32,000 nucleotides of DNA from Erysipelotrichaceae bacterium (GCA_030604855.1 JAUVVC010000002.1:60001-92000), one strand, 5' to 3'. Positions 19,997 to 28,001 are shown, numbered from the stretch's first letter. Made by a program: numbers and translations. The notes: generated from the letters alone by a model not told the origin.

Positions 19997-20678
19997 TATT
20001 CTAGAACTTAAAAACATTACAAAATTCTATGGAGACAAAATCAAGACGCAGGTTCTCTTTGGACTGGATTTAAGCTTTGAACGTGGTAGTTTCAACTCGA
20101 TCATTGGACAATCTGGGAGTGGCAAGAGTACCTTGTTGAATATTCTAGGAACCTTGGATCGTCCCACGGATGGAGATATCATCATCAATGGAAAGAACAC
20201 GAAAACATTGAATGCGAATGCATTGTCTCAATTACGCAATGAGAACCTTGGTTTCATCTTCCAATTCCACTATTTGTTGCCAGAGTTCACAGCGTTGGAA
20301 AACATCTTGATGCCGGTCCGTATCTTAGGCAAGAAAATCGATAAAGAAGTTATGGCTCGTGCAGAAGAGTTGATTGAACTGGTGGGTTTGAGCAAAGTCA
20401 AAAACAACTTGGCAACTCAGATGTCCGGTGGTCAGCAACAACGCACAGCCATTGCACGTGCTTTGATGAATCAAGCCAGCATCATTCTTGCGGATGAACC
20501 AACGGGCAATTTGGATTCCGATACGACCGAACAGATCTATGATTTGATGCGCATGATCAATAAGAAATATCAAACGACATTCATCATCATTACGCATGAT
20601 CAAAGTGTGGCCGAAAAGACAGATCGCATCATCGAGATCAAAGATGGTCGAATTTTGATGGATGTTCGGAAGAAATAA
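19989..20678 (+). CDS. LolD-like ABC transporter ATP-binding protein
   Basis: 229 aa with GQSGSGKST, the LolD-type block FIFQFHYLLPEFTALENI, MSGGQQQR and ILADEPTGNLD. It overlaps the permease by 8 nt. Confidence 0.88.
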   Translation: MDNILELKNITKFYGDKIKTQVLFGLDLSFERGSFNSIIGQSGSGKSTLLNILGTLDRPTDGDIIINGKNTKTLNANALSQLRNENLGFIFQFHYLLPEFTALENILMPVRILGKKIDKEVMARAEELIELVGLSKVKNNLATQMSGGQQQRTAIARALMNQASIILADEPTGNLDSDTTEQIYDLMRMINKKYQTTFIIITHDQSVAEKTDRIIEIKDGRILMDVRKK

Positions 20679-20719
20679 TCAAAATCAATCAAAAACAATC
20701 AAATAGTTAAAGAATATGC

Positions 20720-20747
20720 TTGACATATTCCTTTTTTTGCTTAAAAT
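20720..20747 (+). promoter_or_regulatory. Candidate sigma-A promoter of the fructose operon
   Basis: TTGACA (20720-20725), 16-nt spacer, TAAAAT (20742-20747). Confidence 0.55.
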
Positions 20748-20764
20748 AAAGCTATAAATCCTTA

Positions 20765-20784
20765 TAAACAATCATAAACAATCA
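20765..20784. repeat. Perfect tandem direct repeat TAAACAATCA x2; candidate FruR (DeoR) operator
   Basis: Two adjacent 10-bp copies lie between the -10 element and the EIIA RBS. A 12-nt AAACAATCAAAT copy recurs at 20693-20704, upstream of the -35 element. Confidence 0.4.
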
Positions 20785-20806
20785 AATACAGTCAAAGGAG
20801 AACAGA

Positions 20807-21253
20807 ATGTTAATCACAAAGGAAAGTATCTTACTCGATTGCGCTATCAAAGATAAAGAGCAGATCATTCGCAGAATGGCGAGTCATGCGTTGCAGATCA
20901 ATCGCATCACGGATGTTGAGCCCTTTGTTCAAGCAGTCTTGCATCGTGAGGGTGAGTTCAGCACGGGTGTAGGGTATGGCATCGCGATTCCACATGGAAA
21001 ATCAAATGTCGTACGAGAGGCATTTGTGTTATTCTGTCGGGTCGATCATGTGGATTGGTCGTCCTTGGATGGCACAGATGTCGATATGGTGTTTATGATT
21101 GGTGTCCCTGAGATGGATACGAGCAATGAACACTTGAAAATATTGGCCTTGTTGTCTCGCAAACTGATGAAGGATGAATTCCGTCAAGCTTTGCGCAACG
21201 CACTACATGAAGATGAGATCATGGAAATCCTTAAGAAATGGGAGATCATCTAA
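20807..21253 (+). CDS. PTS EIIA component, fructose/mannitol (EIIA-2) type
   Basis: 148 aa with the phosphorylatable-His block GYGIAIPHGK. An AAGGAG RBS precedes it. Confidence 0.85.
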   Translation: MLITKESILLDCAIKDKEQIIRRMASHALQINRITDVEPFVQAVLHREGEFSTGVGYGIAIPHGKSNVVREAFVLFCRVDHVDWSSLDGTDVDMVFMIGVPEMDTSNEHLKILALLSRKLMKDEFRQALRNALHEDEIMEILKKWEII

Positions 21254-21254
21254 G

Positions 21255-22019
21255 ATGTTGGTCGCAGAACGACGAAATCACATTCTAGAATTATTGAAAG
21301 CGAACAGAAGCATCACGGTTTCAGATCTGTGTACGGCTTGCGATGCATCGGAAGCAACGATTCGACGGGATCTTTCATGGTTGGAAGCGAATGGGAAACT
21401 AGAGCGGACACATGGGGGTGCCGTGGTGAACCCAAGTGAACGAATATTTGAAGAAGACATGCTTACTTTAAGAGAAGGCAAAGCCTTGCTTGAGAAGCAA
21501 ATCATTGCGAGAAAAGCGTTTGAACTTATCCATGATTATGACTCCATTGTTTTGGATGCCGGTACAACAACCTTTGAATTGGCGAGATTGATTGGACAAT
21601 CGGATCTCCATTTGACCATCATCACCAATTCAATGATCGTCTTCAAAGAGTTGGCCAACAATCCCAATGTGGAGTTGATCATCTTGGGTGGAAAGGTGCG
21701 TCGCAATACCTTGGCGTCCGTGGGAAGCGTCGCAGTCGAGCTGATGCAGCGACTCTATGTGGATAAAGCCTTTGTTGGAACCAATGGTGTGGGCTTGAAT
21801 GAAGGCTTCACCACATCGGATATGGATGAAGCAAGCATTAAACGTGCGATGTTGTTGACAGCGAAACATCGCATCATCCTCGCGGATCATACAAAATTCA
21901 ATAAAGTGTATATGAATCAATTCGCTTCATCTTCGATGATCGATACCTTGATAAGTGATGGCCAGGAGACCAACGTATTGGATGCGTTTGTTGAGCATTA
22001 CGACATCAAGATACTTTAG
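21255..22019 (+). CDS. fruR: DeoR-family transcriptional repressor of the fructose operon
   Basis: The N-terminus RRNHILELLK...ITVSDL...SEATIRRDL is a DeoR HTH, followed by a C-terminal sugar-phosphate sensor domain. The ATG at 21255 lies 1 nt after the EIIA stop. The track ORF start at 21174 is an in-frame overlap artefact. Confidence 0.88.
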   Translation: MLVAERRNHILELLKANRSITVSDLCTACDASEATIRRDLSWLEANGKLERTHGGAVVNPSERIFEEDMLTLREGKALLEKQIIARKAFELIHDYDSIVLDAGTTTFELARLIGQSDLHLTIITNSMIVFKELANNPNVELIILGGKVRRNTLASVGSVAVELMQRLYVDKAFVGTNGVGLNEGFTTSDMDEASIKRAMLLTAKHRIILADHTKFNKVYMNQFASSSMIDTLISDGQETNVLDAFVEHYDIKIL

Positions 22020-22027
22020 GAGGTCCT

Positions 22028-22957
22028 ATGATCACAACCGTTACTTTAAATCCTGCGATTGATAAGACAATCACGGTTGAGCAGTTTCGTTTGAATGCTG
22101 TCAACCGGGTCTTGCGTGTCTATGAAGATATTGGAGGTAAGGGCATCAATGTATCTAAAGTCTTGCATCATTTGAACAATCGAACGGTCGCATGTGGTTT
22201 TATTGGCGAAGCCAATTATGGATGGGTACAACCACATATCAAACGACTTGGTTTGAGTACGGATTTCGTATTTGTCGATGCACTGACACGGATCAACACT
22301 AAAATCATCGATCCGATCGCCAAAAGTACAACCGATATCAATGAAACAGGTTTTAGTGTTTCTCAAGTTCAAATCGAGCAATTGAAAATCATGTTGCAAG
22401 CGTATGCGAAACAGAGCAAGTTCATGGTTTTTAGTGGAAGCATTTGCAAAGGCATTGATTTAAAGGCTTACCAATCACTCATAGAAGCCGTTCATCCAAC
22501 CCCTTGGGTTTTGGATGCGGACCGAGACGTTTTGCGAGCAGGTTTGGCATTGCAGCCCTATCTGATCAAACCGAACATTCATGAATTGGAGGATCTCTTA
22601 CAGATTCGTTTGAAGAATCATGATGAAATCGTTCGTGAAGTGCGTCGTTTGATCCAAGGATACAAGATTCACTATTGTTTGGTATCCATGGGAGAACAGG
22701 GAAGTATCTTGATCACTCAGGATCTTGCGTATTATGCAAAGGCATTGGATATTGAACTGGTTACGACCGTTGGAGCGGGGGATGCCATGCTTGCAGGCTT
22801 CTTATCATGTATCACTAAAGGATGCTCAGATGAGGAAGCATTGCGGACAGCGACAGCTTGTGGTGCGATTGCGGTGAGTGGCATTTCGTTAAGTGCTTTC
22901 AATAATATGGATATCGAAGCTTTGATTCAACGTGTTGAGTTGACAAAATTAGACTAG
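22028..22957 (+). CDS. fruK: 1-phosphofructokinase (PfkB family)
   Basis: 309 aa with TVTLNPAIDKT at the N-terminus and the C-terminal PfkB signature GAGDAMLAGF. Confidence 0.9.
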   Translation: MITTVTLNPAIDKTITVEQFRLNAVNRVLRVYEDIGGKGINVSKVLHHLNNRTVACGFIGEANYGWVQPHIKRLGLSTDFVFVDALTRINTKIIDPIAKSTTDINETGFSVSQVQIEQLKIMLQAYAKQSKFMVFSGSICKGIDLKAYQSLIEAVHPTPWVLDADRDVLRAGLALQPYLIKPNIHELEDLLQIRLKNHDEIVREVRRLIQGYKIHYCLVSMGEQGSILITQDLAYYAKALDIELVTTVGAGDAMLAGFLSCITKGCSDEEALRTATACGAIAVSGISLSAFNNMDIEALIQRVELTKLD

Positions 22958-23002
22958 GACTGCATCCGTAAGGATCAAAATACATCCAAGGAGGAAAGAA
23001 AG

Positions 23003-24349
23003 ATGAAAGTTTTAGCAGTTACAGCTTGTCCAACTGGGATCGCACACACATACATGGCTGCGGAGGCCATAAGTGAAGCGGCTCAAAAAAAGGGTTATGA
23101 AGTCAAAGTTGAAACGCGGGGTTCAGTTGGCGTGGAAAACGAATTGAGTCATGAAGACATCAAGAATGCGGACTTCATTGTATTGGCGTGTGATACCGCT
23201 GTACCAACCGATCGTTTTGTTGGTAAAAAAGTTTTGAGTGTTTCTGTCAGTGAAGCGATCAAGGATGCGGAAGGATTATTGTTAAAAGCTCAAAATGCAC
23301 CTGTCATGAAAAGTCAGACGCAAAGCAGTGAGCCCGAGGAGAATAAGGGTCAGAACAGTTTCTATAAGCATCTCATGAGTGGGGTTTCCTTTATGATTCC
23401 ATTTGTTGTGGCAGGTGGGATCGCGATCGCAATCAGTTTTGCTTTCGGTTATGATGCGTTTCAGACACCAGGCACACTTCCGGCTTACTTAATGGCGATT
23501 GGTGGTTCCGGTGGATTTGGATTGATGGTACCGATTCTTGCAGGTTACATTGCTTACTCCATCGCGGATCGACCAGGTTTAGCGCCGGGTATGATTGGGG
23601 GTGTTGTAGCAGGTCAGATTGGTGCTGGTTTCTTAGGTGGTATGGTCGCTGGGTTCTTAGCGGGTTATGTTGTCAATGCGATTAAGAAGTACATCAAGCT
23701 TCCAAAATCACTTCAAGGCATCATGCCGGTTCTGATCATTCCTGTGTTTGGTTCATTGATCGTTGGTTTGTTGTTGTTTTATGTCTTGGGAAGCCCAATG
23801 GCGGCGATCAATAAAGCCGTTGCGGATTTCTTAATGGGATTAAGTGGGGGAAGTGCGATTGTACTTGGCTTGTTGTTAGGTTTGATGATGGCTTTCGATA
23901 TGGGTGGACCTATCAATAAAGCAGCTTATGCGTTTGGTACTGCAACTTTGGTTGCAGGTCAAGGCTCTGCTGTCATGGCAGCGGTCATGGCTGGGGGAAT
24001 GGTTCCACCATTGGGAATTGGTTTGGCTACCTTGGTTTTTAAAAAGAAGTTCATTGCTGCAGAACAAGAAGCAGGTAAGGCGAATCTTGTGTTAGGTGCT
24101 AGTTTCATTACGGAAGGTGCGATTCCATTTGCCGCTGCGGATCCATTGCATGTCATGCCTTCAATCATGGCTGGAGGTGCATTGGCGGGTGCCTTGTCCA
24201 TGGCATTTGGAGCGACCTTGGCTGTTCCACATGGTGGGATCTTCGTTCTGTTTGCTGTTGAGAATATCATTGGTTATGTGATAGCGATTGGTGCTGGTTC
24301 CCTAGTGACGGCAGTATTGCTCGGTGTGCTTAAAAAAGACGTTGCATAA
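23003..24349 (+). CDS. fruA: PTS fructose-specific EIIBC component
   Basis: 448 aa. The N-terminal EIIB has the active-site Cys block AVTACPTGIAHTYMAAE. A multi-TM EIIC domain follows with Gly-rich helices and a GITEGAIPF-like block (FITEGAIPF). Confidence 0.92.
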   Translation: MKVLAVTACPTGIAHTYMAAEAISEAAQKKGYEVKVETRGSVGVENELSHEDIKNADFIVLACDTAVPTDRFVGKKVLSVSVSEAIKDAEGLLLKAQNAPVMKSQTQSSEPEENKGQNSFYKHLMSGVSFMIPFVVAGGIAIAISFAFGYDAFQTPGTLPAYLMAIGGSGGFGLMVPILAGYIAYSIADRPGLAPGMIGGVVAGQIGAGFLGGMVAGFLAGYVVNAIKKYIKLPKSLQGIMPVLIIPVFGSLIVGLLLFYVLGSPMAAINKAVADFLMGLSGGSAIVLGLLLGLMMAFDMGGPINKAAYAFGTATLVAGQGSAVMAAVMAGGMVPPLGIGLATLVFKKKFIAAEQEAGKANLVLGASFITEGAIPFAAADPLHVMPSIMAGGALAGALSMAFGATLAVPHGGIFVLFAVENIIGYVIAIGAGSLVTAVLLGVLKKDVA

Positions 24350-24354
24350 CATCG

Positions 24355-24383
24355 AACACCTCATCTATTGAGGTGTTTTTTTT
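24355..24383 (+). terminator. Intrinsic terminator after fruA
   Basis: AACACCTCA-tctat-TGAGGTGTT followed by a T run (about 8 T including the stem end). Confidence 0.85.
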
Positions 24384-24452
24384 ATGGAACAGCTTAATCC
24401 ATTCTTAATCTTAGCTATGATAGAATAACAGTGAAGTAGAGGAGGACAGTCT

Positions 24453-25889
24453 ATGAACTTTATGAAACGAGCTTTTTTAAGCTTGATACGCCGCAAAGGA
24501 AAGTCATTGATTCTTTTGGTCATTATTTTCATCTTGAGCAACGTCATGGCGGGATCGATCGCAATCGGTCAAGCATCCCGTAATGTCGAAAAAACCATGA
24601 AACAACAACTGGGAGCGAATGCGACGGTTGAGATGGATTGGGAAAAGATGCAGAACTGGACAGAGGAACAGTGGCAGAATATCCAATATGTCACACCTTC
24701 GATGGCCGATCAGATCGGTGCTTTGCCGTATGTGAAGTACTACGATTACAATTCGGAAGCGTACATCAATTCAACGACATTGAAAATGTATGATCCAAAC
24801 ATGATGGACCAACAGTATAATTACTTTCCACTGAGAGGGGTTAATTATGCCCCGGTTTTGGATATTGCGAATGGAACGGCTGATCTGGTTGAGGGACGTG
24901 TTTTCAGCGATGAAGATATTGCCAAGGCCAATTATGTGGTTTTGATCTCGGATAAACTCGCAGAACAGAACAATCTTTTTGTCGGTGATATCGTTATGTT
25001 GAATAATGAGATTCGAATTTGGGATCAGGCTACGAACCAAGAATCTGTGTTTGCAACGCGTGATATCGCATTGGAAATCATTGGGATCTTTAGCCCGAAA
25101 GTCAATACCAATCAAGAAGAAAATGGAGGTTGGATCGATTATACACCTTTCAATCGGATGTATGTCCCAAATGGTGTGGTTCATGCGGAAAACCGTTGGA
25201 TGACGGAACAATACATGATTGCCTATCCAGATTCAGGCATCACACCGGACCAATTGGAACGTGTATACATCAATCCGGTCTTTGTGTTGAACAATCCTGA
25301 AGAAGTTGAAAGTTTTAGAACCGAAGCGATGACCTATCTACCGGATTACTATAAAGTCAATGTTTCCAGCGATGCCTATGATTCCGTTGCAGGTCCGATT
25401 AAATTCATCGGTTCCTTGTCCAACACCATTCTTTATGTGGCGATCGGGGCAACGATCTTGATACTAAGTTTGGTTGTCATTCTCTTCTTGAGAGATCGTA
25501 AACATGAGTTGGGAATCTACTTATCCTTGGGTGAAAGCAAATCCAAAGTCATGGCTCAAATTTTGATTGAAGTCGTGGCGATTGCGGTCTTGGGCATCAC
25601 CTTGTCCTTGTTCACCGGTAACAGCATTGCGGAGGCCACCTCGCAATCGATGATGGATCTCAGAGCAGGCATTGAAGGGGATGGACCAGATGGACCGATT
25701 TATCGTGATTCAATGATCTACAACCCAGGGGGCATCACGGAAGAAGATGTGATGGAAGCCTACAGTATTGAGTTCTCTTGGGATTATGTCTTGATTCTGT
25801 ATGGTGTTGGTGTGGGTACGGTCTTGTTGTCAAGCATCGCACCAATGATCTATATTCTTCGTTTGAAACCGAAGAAGATCATGATGTAG
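24453..25889 (+). CDS. FtsX/MacB-type ABC permease with large extracytoplasmic domain
   Basis: 478 aa. TM1 (LILLVIIFILSNVMAGSIAIG) is followed by a ~280-aa extracytoplasmic region and three C-terminal TM helices with DRKHELGIYLSLG. A GAGGAGG RBS precedes it. Confidence 0.85.
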   Translation: MNFMKRAFLSLIRRKGKSLILLVIIFILSNVMAGSIAIGQASRNVEKTMKQQLGANATVEMDWEKMQNWTEEQWQNIQYVTPSMADQIGALPYVKYYDYNSEAYINSTTLKMYDPNMMDQQYNYFPLRGVNYAPVLDIANGTADLVEGRVFSDEDIAKANYVVLISDKLAEQNNLFVGDIVMLNNEIRIWDQATNQESVFATRDIALEIIGIFSPKVNTNQEENGGWIDYTPFNRMYVPNGVVHAENRWMTEQYMIAYPDSGITPDQLERVYINPVFVLNNPEEVESFRTEAMTYLPDYYKVNVSSDAYDSVAGPIKFIGSLSNTILYVAIGATILILSLVVILFLRDRKHELGIYLSLGESKSKVMAQILIEVVAIAVLGITLSLFTGNSIAEATSQSMMDLRAGIEGDGPDGPIYRDSMIYNPGGITEEDVMEAYSIEFSWDYVLILYGVGVGTVLLSSIAPMIYILRLKPKKIMM

Positions 25890-25898
25890 GAGGGTGTT

Positions 25899-26573
25899 AT
25901 GGAAATCATCAGAGTTGAAAATCTAAATTATTACTATCAGGATGGTGAGACGATTCGTACCATTCTTAAGGATTTGACCGTATCGTTTGAAAAAGGTAAG
26001 TTCTACACGATCTTGGGACCTTCTGGCTGTGGTAAGACGACGTTTTTATCCTTGTTGGCCGCTTTGGATGAACCAAAGTCTGGAACCATTTATTACAACG
26101 ATAAAGACATCAAAGCGATTGGGTATGAGAAGTATCGTCGGAACATGATCAGCATCATCTTTCAAAGTTACAACTTGGTCCCTTACATGACGGCGGTTGA
26201 GAATGTCATGATTCCAATGGCCATCACCGAGAATGAGATACCCAAGAACAGCAAAGAAGTTGCTTACAACCTCTTGGACTATATCGGTTTAACCAAGTCT
26301 AAAGCCAATCGTGTCGTCAATAAGCTCTCCGGTGGTGAGCAACAACGTGTGGCAATCGCGCGTTCACTTGCAAGCAACGTCGATATCATCTTTGCGGATG
26401 AACCGACCGGAAACTTGGACCAAGAGCTTGAAAATGAAATCATTGGTGTTTTTAAAGATCTGGCGCATCATCACAATAAGTGTGTCATCATGGTCACGCA
26501 TTCCAAAGAGATTGCGGACATGTCTGATGTCTCTTATCAGTTGCGGAAGGGAGTGTTGAGTCATAATGAGTGA
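25899..26573 (+). CDS. ABC transporter ATP-binding protein (MacB/LolD-like NBD)
   Basis: 224 aa with GPSGCGKTT, LSGGEQQR, IIFADEPTGNLD and VTHS motifs. A GGAGGG RBS precedes it. Confidence 0.9.
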   Translation: MEIIRVENLNYYYQDGETIRTILKDLTVSFEKGKFYTILGPSGCGKTTFLSLLAALDEPKSGTIYYNDKDIKAIGYEKYRRNMISIIFQSYNLVPYMTAVENVMIPMAITENEIPKNSKEVAYNLLDYIGLTKSKANRVVNKLSGGEQQRVAIARSLASNVDIIFADEPTGNLDQELENEIIGVFKDLAHHHNKCVIMVTHSKEIADMSDVSYQLRKGVLSHNE

Positions 26574-27966
26574 TTTCTTAAGTAAGTTCACCAAGTCTGA
26601 GTACGATAAAACGGTGGAGGAAAAAGAAGTCATGACGCAAACAGAGCCACCGCGTAAGAAAGAAGACAAAGAAGATAAGAAGTCTAAAGAAGAAAAGAAA
26701 AAAGAGAAGAAGCTTGCGAAGCAAATGGAGATGGAAGCTGAACTGCTTGAGGAACCCAAACCTGTTGTCGTGAGTGCACGTAGAAGTTCCCACATCGAAG
26801 AAACGACTATCGATCCGAGTTATAAAGCCAATCAACGTAAGAAGTGGATTGGGGCGATCGTAGCTGTTGTCTTGTTCGTGGCTTTGGGAACAGCGTTCTA
26901 TTATTTCATCAATCAAGTCAAGATTCCAGATTATGTTGGAAAACCAGTATCCGAGTTGAAGGCTTGGGCAAATCGCAACGATGTGACTTTGGAAATCACT
27001 GAGGTTTTCTCACTCGAAGTCTCTAAAGATTACATCATTTCATTGGATCCTTTAGCCAACTCGAAGATTCAAAAAGGCTCGAACATGAGCGTTGAAATCA
27101 GTAAGGGTGCGGATCCGGATGAGCAGATTTTGGTTCCGGACTTCACGGGAAACACGTACTTTCAGATTCAAGAATGGCTGAGTTCAAATAAGATCAATAA
27201 TCTTCGCATCACCTATGAATACCATGATGAGATACCTGCGAATGAATTTGTACGCATCGTGTTCAATGATAAAAACATCAAACCTGAAACTTACACACGT
27301 AAAGATTATGGTTTGATCTACATATCGAATGGACCTGAAGTGTTCACACCGAACATTGAAGTACCAGACTGGACGACCGCACATCAGGATGTGAGCATCG
27401 TTCAAGCTTGGGCGAATCAGAATCAAATTGATTTGACGGTTGTCAAAGTAAGTTCGAATGTTGTGGTGGGTGGAGTTATTTCGCAAAGTGTCGCTCCAAA
27501 GACAATGGTTGCGAAAAAATCAAAGATGACCATTACCATTTCACAAGGTGAAGAAGTCATCGTCCCTGATTTCTCTAAAATCAAAAAGGATGATGCGGCT
27601 TCGATGAGCTCGAGTGGTTACACCTTGCGTTTCGTCGAAATGTATCAACCTAAAGGTGGCGCAACATTTGGTAGTCTGATTTGGCAAGATGTCAAAGCAG
27701 GTACGAAAATCAGCCCAACGAGTACAAAAACTGTTGTGGTCACAGTCTACTACTCCTTAGGTCAGCCGTATTTGACAAAGCTTGGAAGTGAAAGAGAAAT
27801 TCCTGAGTTCATCTACAACGAAAACTTGAAGTCCGCAAATTTCACGTATGAAGTTCAATACGTGAGTGATGTGGCGGATAAGGGCACAATCATTGAGATG
27901 TTGCCATCCAATCAGTTCGTTGATCCAGGTCAACACATCATTTTTAAAGTTTCAACGGGCAGTTAA
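26566..27966 (+). CDS. Single-pass membrane protein with 4-5 extracellular PASTA repeats and a K/E-rich cytoplasmic tail; no kinase or transpeptidase domain
   Basis: 466 aa with a cytoplasmic low-complexity K/E tract (aa ~27-63) and a TM helix WIGAIVAVVLFVALGTAFYYFI (nt ~26845-26910). Repeats start at VKIPDY, ILVPDF, IEVPDW and VIVPDF and end in S-x-G (nt 26917-27762). A degenerate fifth unit follows. The start overlaps the ATPase stop by 8 nt. Confidence 0.75.
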   Translation: MSDFLSKFTKSEYDKTVEEKEVMTQTEPPRKKEDKEDKKSKEEKKKEKKLAKQMEMEAELLEEPKPVVVSARRSSHIEETTIDPSYKANQRKKWIGAIVAVVLFVALGTAFYYFINQVKIPDYVGKPVSELKAWANRNDVTLEITEVFSLEVSKDYIISLDPLANSKIQKGSNMSVEISKGADPDEQILVPDFTGNTYFQIQEWLSSNKINNLRITYEYHDEIPANEFVRIVFNDKNIKPETYTRKDYGLIYISNGPEVFTPNIEVPDWTTAHQDVSIVQAWANQNQIDLTVVKVSSNVVVGGVISQSVAPKTMVAKKSKMTITISQGEEVIVPDFSKIKKDDAASMSSSGYTLRFVEMYQPKGGATFGSLIWQDVKAGTKISPTSTKTVVVTVYYSLGQPYLTKLGSEREIPEFIYNENLKSANFTYEVQYVSDVADKGTIIEMLPSNQFVDPGQHIIFKVSTGS

Positions 27967-27970
27967 AATC

Positions 27971-28001
27971 AGAGTGTAACCGAACGAGTTACACTCTTTT
28001 T
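27971..28001 (+). terminator. Intrinsic terminator after the PASTA-repeat gene
   Basis: Perfect 10-bp stem AGAGTGTAAC-cgaacga-GTTACACTCT followed by TTTT. Confidence 0.85.

Noticed and set aside
18857-20678. Annotating the permease/ATPase pair as a true LolCDE lipoprotein-release system.
   Set aside because: The sequence resemblance to LolC/E and LolD is real. However, the rest of the window looks Gram-positive, with no outer-membrane context, so the Lol function itself is not supported. I call it only LolCDE-like / MacB-type.
21174-21254. N-terminal extension of fruR (track ORF start 21174) overlapping the EIIA gene by 80 nt.
   Set aside because: The extension is EIIA sequence read in another frame. 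The DeoR HTH begins right after the ATG at 21255, which sits 1 nt after the EIIA stop.
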